64,000 nucleotides of DNA from Paraspadella gotoi (taxonomy: Eukaryota; Animalia; Chaetognatha): positions 2,945,061-3,009,060 of the forward strand of contig CM119271.1 of the NCBI GenBank assembly GCA_051294375.1, read 5' to 3'. The position numbers and the translations under genes are program-made. This document shows, in pieces, positions 14,355-27,022 of the stretch; position 1 is the stretch's first letter; every line of letters starts with the position of its first letter. Below the pieces are notes generated by a model. That model saw nothing but the letters and a program-made list of their open reading frames with translations, was not told the origin of the DNA and searched no databases.

Positions 14355-14896
14355 CTGGTGAAGGTTGGGTCGTTGGCGGCGGCAGCGCCGGCGTCACTTC
14401 CGACGCCGGAGCGCAACTCGCTTCCTCATCTTCCTTCTCTTCCTCCTCCATCCCAGTCTGCGCGACGGAGACCAATCCTCCGCCCAAGGGCGCCGTCCCT
14501 AACGCCCCCAACGCACGGGCGGCGCCCCTGGCGGACGACGGGCTGTTCGGAGCCCTCTCGCGGCCCTTCTCGCGCAAGTCGGCCGGGTCGAGGGCGTCCG
14601 GGGCGGCTGGGGCGTCGACTAACTCGTTGAGGCCTCGAGTCTTTTTGGGGAACAACACCTACAATTACTCATTCGAATAACGAGAAAGAAAAAAAAACAA
14701 AAGACACATTGAATTTTCTTTTCTTTGTATATTTTTTGCTCGAGGTTTTCTACATTTGTGTTCAGAATTTATTTATTTATTTATAAGTTCAATTTGACAA
14801 TTTTGCTTAATTTTTAGTTATTTACAACAAGAATATAACTATTTTATATTTAAAATGTATTTACTTTTGTTCGGTAAACGTTCTTTACGTACCCAG

Positions 14897-14965
<69 letters not shown>

Positions 14966-16192
14966 TTCACTCACTTCTTCCTCAATCCTTAATCGGATCT
15001 CACATAAGTCTACTGAAGCCATGTTCGTGATACTAATAGAAAATTTTTTTACACTTTGCTTATTTTTGTAACAAGAATATATAATTTTGAAATACAACAA
15101 TGCGAAAAAAAATCTTAATTAATTTTTTCTTTGGTTGAATAATCAAAAATTAATAACCAGTCAGACACGAAACGATAGAAAGGAAAGTTAGAAAATGAAA
15201 TAGAAAACTAATAAATTTAAAAGACAACTCGCGAAAAAGAATACTCAAAGAAATCGTGATTGACTCGTAAAAGCGTGAAAGAAGAAAATCGAAGATCACA
15301 CAGTGAACAGAGCGTGAACGCACCCACAAAAAACATGGCGCCCGAACGAATTTTTCTTTTCTTTTTCTGATTTTCGACGGAAACGAATTCGTGATGGAAG
15401 AATCGAAAATTGGGGAAAAAAACGAAAAATCTATTTCGAGTTTTCTTGGTTCTTGAGATTTCGCAGACACGCGTCGATATAGACTGACAGACGGACAGAA
15501 AGAACCGTCTTAAAAGCCGTCATAAAAAGTCATAAAAAGTCAGAGACAGACCGACTTACGAGAAGATAGATCAGAAGCAGTGCGTCCATCGGCGAAGCGA
15601 AAAATGAATTCGCCTTTTCATCGCGAAAAAAATATATATAAAGTTTTCTTCCTTTTATCGGAAACATATTTGCAGGCGTGAAACTCATTGAGGCAAAAGA
15701 GAAAAAAAAAGTATTGGTGTTGGAAATGGTATCTTTTTTATGTCCTACATTGTATAACCTTTCCCTTTGAAAACTTAATATTCACCCTCTCACGACCCCC
15801 GACCCCAATGTCTAAATACAAATCTCCCGCGGAGTACAAACTGGTCTACACAGTACACACGGATTCCGTGTGAAGCTAAAATAAAAGAATTGAATGAGCC
15901 CACGTCATGGCAACATGGGGACAGATGTGATGCCCGTGGTGTGAGGCATCTCCGTTTAGCTTAATAATGATGGAGTCTACTTGAATCGCCGCCAAAGATG
16001 ATTATTAAATTCACTTCAGAGAAATTATTTGAGTTTGAATATCATATTTTCCTGAGATTAAAAACTCGTATATTATGACTATTGCCTAAAGTCAGAAGCG
16101 TTAAAGCTTTTACCAAAGCAAGGATATTTCGAAAAGCAGAGCGCTCAAGAGCGAGAAAAAAATTTAAAAAACGAAAAAGGGTAATACGGAGA

Positions 16193-16235
<43 letters not shown>

Positions 16236-16613
16236 TTCTCTATCTCGCTCTCTCGCTATTTCCCACAGACGCGGAGTCTCCTTTGTCAAAATAAACGTAA
16301 ATATTTTGGTGAGATCATATTTCTTTTCCCCGGTTTTCACGTGAAAAACTGTGAGTTCACACACACGTGTATATCTTTTATTTTAAGTCGTCGTCGTCAT
16401 CGTCATTGATTGAAACAACCAATATGTGACAGACTAGTTGTTGCTTGTTACTCGTCACTTGTCAAAGGAAATTTAAAAACAAATGATGAATGAGAAGAAA
16501 AAACATTTGTTTTGTTATTGTAAATCACTTTAGTGATGGTTTCCTTTTGGTTTCCTTTTGATTTTTATTATTGTTATTGTTTGTTTTTTTCGATCAAACG
16601 ACAGCCAAACGAG

Positions 16614-16877
16614 ATGGCAAATTACGTTTGAACAATCATTGACTTCGTAGTCTTAGTCATCGTTATCGTCGTCGTTTTAGTCGTCGTTGTCATCGTCGTC
16701 CTCATCCTATCGTTTCCCCGGCAGCGCCAAAGACCCTCGGCGGCGATGAAAGAAACCACGAACGCAGACGTTAATGTCTTTGACGGTGACGACGCTGACG
16801 ACGACAAGGACGACGACGATGACGACGAAGACATCAGCTCAACCGGAAATACGATAACTCGATCAACGGCCGAGTGA
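16614..16877 (+). other. Possible small single-pass membrane protein ORF (88 codons including stop) with an in-frame TGA at codon 6
   Basis: MANYV*TIIDFVVLVIVIVVVLVVVVIVVLILSFPRQRQRPSAAMKETTNADVNVFDGDDADDDKDDDDDDEDISSTGNTITRSTAE. It follows a plausible intron (GTGAGT at 16351 to CAG at 16604), and AATAAA lies near 17032. Much of it is GTC/GAC repeat-derived. Confidence 0.3.
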
Positions 16878-17510
16878 AAAAAAAATGAAAAAGGGGGAAA
16901 AAAATTGTAAAGTCGGATTTTTTTCTTCTTTTTTTAAATTTTATCTAATTCTTTCAAGCTGTGGTTTTTGTTTAATAATTCAAGAGATGGAAAATCTCTG
17001 AAGATCGTGACCCCTTTCAAGACTGGAGTCAAATAAAGAAAGAGTTTTTCTTTTTTTCAATTTTGAAATACAGTGCTGACTGATGAGTAATATTTCATTT
17101 TTAAGTTTTCGTCATAACTACTAAGACGACTTTTATTCTATTACAAGAACGTATTATCGATCGCTGTATGTAACTTTTCAAGTTTAAAATCTGCGTCTGA
17201 GTCTTCGAAATTTAATAGAAACAGTTTAAATTCATTCTTTTATTGTATCAAAAAAAACTTTAACAAGCTATCAAAACGCATAAAGAGTCAAGTTTCAAAT
17301 CTTTTGAGAAATTGGAGATAATACTGTGCGATAAGATCAGAAAAAAATTATTTTAAAGCCTACTGAGGATTAGTTGAAAAAAAAAAAATTAAATTAAATG
17401 TTCTTGAAGGAGGGAGAAGAAAAAAAAAATCTTAAGGCACTGATTCTTAAGGCCTGATAATATAACAAACAAGAAAAACGTATTGCATCAAATAAACATC
17501 CAACTAAAAT

Positions 17511-20500
17511 TCAGTTTAAAAAGAAACAAACTCGAGGAATCGAAAGGTGAAACATCAACGCAGACGCCACGAGCGCCATCGTCGCCGTCGTCGTCGTCGT
17601 CGCCGCTTTCGTCGTCGTCTCCGCGTCGGAACTCGTCGTCGTCTCTATCGACGTCGCCGTCGGCGCCTCGATCGATCGATTCGACGCCGGCTTCGTCCGC
17701 TCGGCGTCGATCTTCCGTTGCCACTCTCGGTGGGCGCGACACGCTCCGCTGTCGAATCGCGTCGCGACGTTGCCCTCGGCCGTGATGCGCTTTCGCCGCC
17801 GACGACGCCGCCCGATCGGAGGCGCCGGCGTTTGCAGCGCCAAACGGATCCAGTCGGCGTGGGCGGCGACGCTGGCGTAGACGCCGGGTTTGTCTCTCTC
17901 GCCGCAACCGATGCCCCAACTGACGACGCCGACGAGGGTGACGCGGCCGGAGGCGTCCGGCGTCACCAGGGGGCCGCCGGAATCGCCTTGGCAACCTTTG
18001 GAGAGGACGGAAGAAGATAAGTAGATTTAAGTGAAATAAAAACGCGTTTTGTCGAAGAAACCTTCGACCATTCGCAGTCGTTCGGGTATCGACCAACAAG
18101 GCCCCTTTATTGATTCCGCATTACTTTTTGTAAGTTTTACTATGGTGTTATTAATAAGACTAATTAAATTTAGATTTAACAGTCAATTTCTTCAAAGTTA
18201 TTCTATCATTCAATGATAAACCCAGCAACGCATGACATTTAATCATAATAACCATCCATACCAACTCCATCACGATCTCACCATCAATTCCTCCAGCAAC
18301 GACGTCTCCCGCGCAGATCATGTCTTCGGTAAAGTCCGACCCGAGCAGACTTCGGCACACCCCGTTCTCCACGATCGGTTTCCACACTCCCTGCAGCAGA
18401 TCGGGAGAGTCCCCGTTGTAGTCCACAGACCCGAATCCCGTCAAGAGAGCCATCGTGCCCGGGCTGGGCGGCCGCGCCGGCTCGGCCAGGCACGCCGGCT
18501 GCAAGAACTCGTTGAGGTCCCAAGGTTCGTCGAGAGTGAGGACGGCGACGTCGTGCTGCAGCTCCAGCAGCCCGTCGCAGGCGCCCATGATGCCGCAGTA
18601 GCAAGGGTGAGTTTGAATCTGGGCGATGGAGCGAGTTTGTCTGGTGCAGTCGCTGGAGAAGGCGGGACTCCTAGAGTTGACCACGAGGCCGGCGTGGATT
18701 TTGTCGTGGAGGAGACCGTGGCCGTCCTGTTGAAGGTTGGGGGGCCGTTTGAAGATTTTATTATTGTCGCTCTTTTGTTGTTTTTTGTTTGTTTTTGTTT
18801 TTGGTTTCTTTCGCCTACTTTTTTATTTATTTCCTTTGTCAGTTTGTTTCTTTTTATGGTTTGTTTGTTTCTCTTGTTTTTGCTTCTTTCCTTCTTTTTT
18901 TTTCTCTCTTTCTCTTCCTTCTGTCAGATTTTTCTTTTAACTTGACTTTTTTACTTGGTTTTTATTACTTTTTTTTTTTTTCATTTTTTAAGGGGAGTTA
19001 TCACGATTGGATCGAAATAAAAAATTATTAAAAAGAGTTATACAAAATAAATCATTCGTCTGCGATGGCAATTATTCGCCTTTTTCCTGGGCTAACAATA
19101 ATGCACCAAATCCAAAATTTTTCTCGTGGTCACTTTCAGATATGAGGGTCCAACAGTGGGAAATCTTAAAATAAAGTCCTTTCTCTAAAGCAATCAAGCT
19201 CTCTCAATGAGAAACTTGTTATTGATGCTTGAAAATCATAACCACCAATTGGCAGTAATGCTCTTTAAGTTCATTTTTAAAACTTTAGAAGAGAAAGGGA
19301 AAAAAAACAAAACAGAATAAATACTATCAATCTTGCGCATCGTTTTTTACAATAGAGCATGATTGATTGCAAACATCGATACCCACCAGAATGTGGCCAA
19401 AGAACCTGCAGATTGAATGATTGAATGTAGAAACTTTAATTCCTTTATTTTGTTTTTTTTTTTCGCAAGGAGAATGCTTTTTTTAGATAACAAAAGTTAG
19501 TTTGATTCGTCTTGGCTGTACAGCAACATTTACAACCAGTCCAATAATAATTGAATTCAGAAAATGAAGAAGCGAACGTCATTAAGATACATAATCTCGA
19601 TTTGACTGAGAAAAAAACTTAGATAGAAAAGTCGTTTACAGTTTTTCGTCTCTGTAACTTTAATTTTTTTTTTGTTTTTTTTTAAGTTTTTGATTTAATT
19701 TAGACAAAGACGATTCAATGGGTAATGTTGATAAGAAAACTCCATCTAGTAAGACAAATTGAAGAATGATTTTAAATGTTATACTTTTGTAATTCAGAGA
19801 AAGCAGATCCAGTTTCTACTCATCATGAAAACAATTCTGGCAGAGTATAGATCGGTTCGTGCAAACAACAATCAATCAATATGCAAATCGATTATTATGA
19901 TAATATAATTAAAAGAGGATAATCCCAAAAAGTTTTAAAATATAAAAAAAACGAAGATAAGAGAAAGGAAACATTCACAGTCATCCCATGTAGGTGCAAT
20001 ACTACGTGGTTATGTGGGCCCAATACTAATGTGGACAGAATAAATAGGTGGGAGCGGAATCCTGTGCCGCTCAATCCTGTGGGCCCGATGCTGGTGGGTG
20101 GAATCTAACAAGAGCACAATCCTTTGGGCACAATTACTCTGGACGCAATCTTAGGTGGGCGCAATTTTTACGTGGGCGGAATCTACAAGGGCAAGAATCC
20201 CATGTGGGCGAAATCTTACGTGGGCGGAATACTATGGGTGTATGTTCCAATGACAGGTAACTTTCAAAATTCAATACATGAAAAAAGTATTTTTAAATTT
20301 ACAGTAATAATACACACTACATCAGCAAGAATTGATCAATTTATGGGCTGCAAATTATTGACATTTAACTGATTTCATTGATGAAGTTACAAACAGGTTA
20401 TCAGAAGAGCTTTCAATATTAGTTCATCAGTTTTATCTTGGCAAAAAATGTCAATTTTTTTTGAAGGTAACAGAACTATGTGTACAAAATTGTAGTTTAA

Positions 20501-23500
20501 TTCCGAATCTGAAGCATTAACACAACGATACCAAAAGAAAGAATCACGGTTTTTTAAAATTGCATAAAAAGTAGGTTGGAATCCAAGAGAAGATATGAAA
20601 TGAACGAAAATCATTTTACCAAATAAAAATTTTTTCGCGCCTGTTAGTACTGTACTTTTTAGTAGTAGAAACAATTAATAAATTGAAATGTTTTGTGAAA
20701 GTCCACGAACCCGCAAGTGGTTTTACACTCTTCTTCTCTCTCTCTCCTCTCTCTTCTCTCCTCTCTCATAATTTTTTTGATCGGACTGCTCCAATTAGAT
20801 TCCCGATTCGAAGTCAGCACGAACCCACCAAAAGAGCATTTCATTGAATTAACCAGCTGATTTCATTAAACGTAATTCCATTGTTTATTTCATCAACTTA
20901 GAACCACTTTAAATTATATGGTCGCCTCTCTTTTTTCTCCGTCACTGCTTGCTTCTGATTTGTCCTAAAACGAAGTTCCGGCTCTGCAGCGTTTGTCCAG
21001 CTTTCTCGCTTCTTTCTCTCGCTCTCTCGCTCTCTCTCGTCGTCACTCTCTCTCTCTCTCTCTCTCTCTCTTTAACAAAAAAAATATATATCATTGTGGG
21101 CTCAGCATGTTTGAGACGATAGCCGCCAGCAGTTTAAAGCGTCTGTTCTCCTTTTTTTACTCTTTCTTGGCGAATCTTAGGGCGCGACGCGCGAACCCTT
21201 TAGGTTGGGAGGAGCTGCGCTACCGGCTCCGGGCGCCATAGATACTTTGACTTGGCATTTTGAACGAGTAAAAGTGCTGTTGAGCCTCCTCTCTCTCTCC
21301 TCTCTCTCTCTTCTTTTTTTTTTAACAAAAAAGATAATTTAATTCAACACTTTTTGTTCCCTTTCTTGTGTGAAACAGTCAATCAGTTTAAAAGTTTCCT
21401 AACTGTAAAATCTGCAAATCTGCAAAGGCTTCTACGTAAGTTTGCTGATTTGATTTGATTGGAGAATAAAAATCGACGACAACAACAAGGAAGAAAACGA
21501 TTAAAACGACGACATAGATGACGACAAAGAACGAACCGTCGAAGACGACGACGAAAATGACGAAGACGACAAAAACAGACGTAGTAGACGTCGATCAAAA
21601 ATGACGACGAATACGAAGACAAAACTGACAAGAAAGAAGACAAACAAAGAAGCCGACGAAAATGAACGACGAATTGAGACGAAGACGACGACGACGAAAA
21701 TGAATGAAGAAAATGAAGACAGACGATTTGAAGAAACGACGAAAACGAAGACGAAAATGGACGATGAAGAAGAATGAAAAGGACTATGAAGAAAGACGAC
21801 AAAGAAGGCGACGAAAATGGGTGCTGTCCAAGCTTCCTCTCTCTTTCTCTCTCCTCTTTCTTTCCTCCTCTTTCTTCTCTCTCTCTCTCTCTAGCGATCT
21901 CTGCGTGATCGTCGTTTCTTGAAAAAATCTGATTATTTTCCTTCTAAAAACTTCTTATTTTCGCCATTGTATTCTGTGCTTTTTTCTCAAATACAAAATA
22001 CAAGAAAAATGGCCTATTAAATGAAAAAAAAAATTTGAAATTTTGAAGAAAATTGAAAGAAAAAGTGAAGATAGAGTTACTTGACGCTGGATTCGTGGCC
22101 GTTGCGGGGCAACGAAGTAAACAATGTCGATGGATCACCTATAACGCGTTTCAATGGCAACGGAAACGTTATGTATATAAAAAAAAAATCAACTTGACCG
22201 AGATTCACGCGCGTTGCGAGGCAAAGGATTAAGCCGATATAAACGAGAGTGGACCTAATTTGCGTTCTTGGCGGGAAAACTGTCCAGTTTCTTTCTCTCT
22301 CTCTGCTCTCTCTTTCTCACTCTTGTCTCTCTCTCTCGTCCTGTGTGTCTCTCTCTATGATCATATCGTTTTTTTGAAAATTTCTGATTATTTCATCTTT
22401 CTTTCTTTCTTTCTTTCTCTCTCTCTCTCTCTCTTTCTTTCTCCTCAGTCTTTCTCTCTCTCTCTCTTTCTCTCTCTCTCTCCACTCATAAACAACGCAT
22501 TGGTTTGTTTTATTACGTGAACGAATTCATCGTGTCATGAATAACTATCATCGCATCAAATGAATGATTATATCATCATATCATGAATGACTATTAATCG
22601 GGCATCAATCATTTGGTTTATCAATCGCCATCAATCATTTGGTTATCAATCGCATCAATCATTTGTTATCATCGCATCAAATGTTTTGTCTTATTTTTAT
22701 TTCTTTTATTTCCTTCTCTCGAGATGCCTATTCTTTTATTTTTTAAATTCATTTTCCTGTCAAAAAGTGGTATGGACAGACAGACAGACAGACACCCAAC
22801 AGACAATCAGTGAATCAGTTTAAAAGTGTTTTTGCTCACTGTAAATCTACAATGGCTTTTAGCGTAATTTCTGATTGATTGATTGGTAGAAGAAAACGAC
22901 GACAACAACAAGGAAGAAAAACGATTAAAACGACGGCATAGATGATGACGAAGACGAAAATGACGACGAAGATGACAAAACGCCTGTAATGAGATATGTT
23001 CCCTTTTCCCCCCATTGTATTTGCCTTTGTTATTACCGTTTCGGCCGTAGATGGTCTCTTTTCTTTTCCTTTAGGAGATTACACTCCTCTTTCTTTCTTA
23101 CCAGATATACAGGCCCATAAGATTCTTAGGAACTTTTCCGCCCGTCACCAACTGCCTTTTACGAGGTTACCAGACGCCCTCATGTCACCATCCGTCACCT
23201 TTGATACCGTTTCACAGACAATGATGCCACGTGCCTATAGAGCCCACGACGAGACCACACTCCATAAGACTTGTGGACGCACTTGTGGTCAACTTTAGGC
23301 CCCGTCAACAGATCTCGTGGACGGACTCGGTGCCCATTACATTCGGCCACAACTTGGGACGATAGCCTCGCCGATTACTCCCTCATCACGGCGAGCCGAC
23401 GTTTTCGGGCGCACGCGCAAACGCGCTGGACCGCGGCCACGCCCAACTTTCCGGATACGTCAGCCAGGGACGTGGAGGACGGGCCGGTCCTCCATACAGC

Positions 23501-25680
23501 ACGACGGCGGAAGAAGCAGAGGCGGCTACACGAGCACACGGCAAGTGTTTCATACAAAGCGACGGTCGGAGAAACGTCGACGAAAATGACGACGAACGAC
23601 GACCGACGAAAATGACGACGAAAGACGCGAGCGAAAACGACGATGAAGAGATGAAACAAAGAAGACGAAAAAGAAGGCGAACACGAAGACAATGTCGTAA
23701 ATGATGGCAAAGTTCAAAAGACAAAACCGACGATGGAGACAAATAAGACGATGAAAACGACGAAGACAGACGACCAAAAACGAACGTCGAAGACGATGAT
23801 GAAAACACGATAAAGAGGACAAAGAAACGACGACAACGACAAACGAAGCAAAACACGGTGAAGACAAGACACGAGCGATGAAGAGACGATGAACGAAAGA
23901 CAGAAAGAACGACAACAAAGACATCGCGAGAAATGATCGACAAAAATGAAGATGACGAGGACGATGAATGACGAGACGACGACGCAACAACGACGAAAAT
24001 TGACGACGAAATTGAACGACGAGCAAAGAAGAGCAACGAAACGACGACAGAAAATGATGAAGAAAATGACAACAAGACAACGACGAAATGACGACGAAGA
24101 GAAATACAAAAACTGACGACGAAGAAGACGACAATGAAATGACGAAAAACGACGACGAATTGACGACGACGAAGAAGATGACGAAAACGACGAACGAAAA
24201 TTATGAAGAAACATGACAACTCTGGCAGCGGCTGTCGCGCAGCTGTCAAGTTTCTTTTTCTCAACTTTTAATTTATACTGTCGCTCTCTTCTCTCTCTTG
24301 AATGACTAATCATCGTATGCAATGAGAATTACTCATCAACATCATGAATGACTATCATCGCATCAATACATTTGTTACATCACTCGATGCATTTGGTTAT
24401 CATCGCACCATTAAATCAAATTCCTGTCCGCAGGCTTGATACCTTATGCTTTAAGATTTTTTACCAATTCATTCATTTTGCAGGTCAAAAACCTAAATTA
24501 CGGTTAAGAAAACAAAATCTAAACTTAAAAAAAATTTCAAGGAAATCTAAAAATAAAACGGTAAGCCCCAAAAATTAAAAATAAAATCAAAAAATTCGAA
24601 AATCCCGCAGAAATTTAATTTTTATAAAATCTTTGTTTTTATTTGACTTTTTTTTATTTTCTGCTTGAGAAAGAAGTTTTGAGGTATTTCAGAGAATAGT
24701 GGCAACTACTATTCAAATTTAAAAAAAAAAAAAATTTCAAAAAACCCTGTCCTTGGAGACAAAAAAGGCAAACAGAAAAATTAATACATTCAATCAGTCA
24801 TATTTAGACCCTTGCTACATCTCCGGGTAATCGCTTTTGGTGATCAAATGACTGCTTTCTATGGCTAAAATGCCTGCCGCAAGATTAAAGGTTTTATTTT
24901 TTTTTTTTGATTGGAGATTTACAAACAAAGTTGTGAATAATGAATAAAACGCATACTGCCAATATGTAGTCCTTATTTGAGTATCACCAGCATAGTCTCC
25001 ATTATGCTAACTTAAATACTTTTTAAAGAGAGACTTTTAATTTAGATTTCCCAACTTCTGTCCTCTATCTCAAAAAGTTGACCCTAGAAAAATTTTGGAT
25101 TGGTGCAATATTGTAGTAGCAGTGAAAAGGCGAATAAATTGACCATCGAAGACGAAATGTTTTATTGAGTATAATTTTTGTTCTTTTAATAAATTTTTTA
25201 TTTCGTTTTCATCGGATAATTCTCTTAATAATCCAACTTAGTGTTTCGACAATTTTTTAGGCTCATGACAATACAATCAATATTACCAGTTATGGCTCAT
25301 CACTTTTTTGCGTTTGCCCTCTACAAAATCTATCAAATTGCTAAAATACGAACAATAGACTATCGATTCCCCTCGTCCACTATCGAAAACAGCTTACCAC
25401 CATCTTTAACCCCCTCCCTTCACCTCCCCCCTCCCCCCCTCCCTCCCATCCCAAACCTGCACGCAATGCGCGGCCGTAACCACGTGACGTTCGTCACGAT
25501 GGTGGCGCCGCAGCCGAAGAACTCGGCGTGCCAGAGCGGCGTCGCCGCGGAGAACGTCTCGCCGCCGACGACGCGGCGTCGGGAGAAAGCGGACGAGCCG
25601 CTCGGCGGGAGAGGAGTCCCGTTGAAGAGGCCGCATTGGCCGAAAGAAGGGTTGGGGGCGTCCGGGTGGGCGCGGCGACA
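17511..25680 (-). CDS. Trypsin-like serine protease (peptidase S1A) with C-terminal extension
   Basis: Exons ~25680-25457 (QCG...SRRR|VVGG...[20 protein letters not shown], one 1-bp deletion near 25495), 18726-18282 (HP...HDVAVLTL...LQPACL...LTGFG...EDMICAG..GGID) and 17995-17511 ([10 protein letters not shown]...[10 protein letters not shown]...PGVY). His/Asp/Ser triad and an Asp at the S1 pocket position are present, and splice phases are consistent. The signal-peptide exon is not securely identified. Confidence 0.92.
20045..20240 (+). repeat. Degenerate ~20 bp minisatellite (GTGGGCGGAATC-like), intronic
   Basis: gtgggcg(g/c/a)aat recurs about every 20 bp, e.g. 20156, 20172, 20204, 20220. 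Confidence 0.6.
21380..24200 (+). repeat. Two related GAC/GAA-rich repeat units (~21380-21830 and ~22814-24200) in the protease intron
   Basis: Both start aatcagtttaaaagt...ctgtaaa(a)tct...ctgatt..gattgg...gacaacaacaaggaagaaaa(a)cgattaaaacgacg, followed by cryptically simple GAC/GAA sequence. Confidence 0.7.
22985..23556. mobile_element. Solo-LTR-like insertion (~570 bp)
   Basis: Starts TGTAATGAGA and ends TTTCATACA (TG...CA with short imperfect inverted ends). It interrupts the second GAC-rich unit at a point that is uninterrupted in the first unit (~21570-21600). No clean TSD. Confidence 0.6.
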
Positions 25681-26613
25681 CTCATGCGTCGGTGGGGAGC
25701 GGGGAGGAGGAAGAGAGGGGAGGAAGGAGGCGGAGAAGGAAGAGGAAGAGGTGGTATAATGAGAAGCGTTGGAAAGGGATTTGGCATCGTCTGCTCGAAG
25801 GTCGATGATCCTTAGCCTCTTCGAGTCGGAGCCCAGTCGGTCAACGATCTCCAATCGGGGTTTTTTGCATTAGCCGGAGTTTTTTTTTATATTTGAATAT
25901 GGTACAACCAATATAAAAATTATCCATTCATTAATAATAACTTCTTGCCCCTAATTTGGACAGCTTGTGGTTATATTTTTTTAATGGCGATAGTGGTTTT
26001 CTAAGTTTTACTAGTTTTGAGTCGAACGAATCATTATTTTACCGTTTTAAACATTACAAGGGATTATTTTAACGAGAATATTTACTCGTAATGCACTGAC
26101 AGAAGGAAGTTGGTGTTTTAAAATTAAATTCCCGTTTCATTGTGTCATCGGAATTTTTCAAACTGAAAGGGAAAGATCGAGTTTGCTTCGTTGTCGGCGG
26201 GAGGCACTTGGGGTTTTTTTCATATTACTAATGTAATACTATATGTTAAGTCGCATTGTTTCGTTATATCTAATAGTATGATGATGATTAAATGTTTGTC
26301 ACAAGCAGAGGGATTTTTTATTTTTTTTATCACAATTACAAAAAAATGAGTTGAGGAATTCTTTTGTTTTCGTTTTGTTTACGTTTTGTTTAAGCTTTTC
26401 ATTCTCGATTTAGAATTCAGTAGTTTTGTTTTGTTTAGAGATTCGTTTGATTTGTGTTTTGTTTTATGAGGTTTTTTAGTTTTTGGTTTGTTTTTTGTTT
26501 TTTTTTTTTTTTTTTTTGGATTTGCTTTTACTGCTTTTTTTTCGCTTAATTTTCCAAACTGTTTACGTGGTCTCCATGTTTCGTCGTCTCTCGAAGCTTA
26601 CCTAAAGCACGGA

Positions 26614-26679
<66 letters not shown>

Positions 26680-26991
26680 TTGGTTGTCGAGAGAGAGAGA
26701 GAGAGAGAGAGACGTTGTGTCGATATTTCCAGTTCGTGTCGTCGAGGCGTCATCATTGAAAGTAGACGACCAAGAAATAGAAACCTGAATAACGAAAAAA
26801 GAAAGACAGAAAAACCGGGAAAAAGAAAGAAAAACCAGAAAATTAAAGGTTGGAAAAAACTAGAAAAAGAAAGTTAAAGAAAGCAACCTGCTTTTTGTCT
26901 TTTGGTTTTTTTCAAGTTGGAAGAAGGGAGAAAGCTTAAGTCGATTTTATTCAAATCATTATTGGATCAGATCGTTTAAGAGGGAATAAGA

Positions 26992-27022
<31 letters not shown>

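Larger units (their letters stand above)
9760..18740 (+). repeat. Direct tandem duplication of ~4.4-4.6 kb (copy 1 ~9760-14370, copy 2 ~14385-18740)
   Basis: Collinear anchors: cgcaactcgcttcctcatc at 9784 and 14412; cacataagtctactgaagcca at 10368 and 15001; gaaggttggg at 14360 and 18732. Copy 1 carries dense random indels. Confidence 0.9.

Noticed and set aside
15965-16060. C/D box snoRNA
   Set aside because: The C box is imperfect (ATGATGG), no rRNA guide is recognisable, and it adjoins a repeat-family fragment.
16629-16631. Selenocysteine codon
   Set aside because: No redox motif context and no SECIS-like stem recognised downstream; a base error or non-coding status is simpler.
23386-24322. 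200-290 aa ORFs rich in S/F/V/R
   Set aside because: Translations of cryptically simple GAC/GAA repeat DNA, open in several frames, with no domain or splice support.
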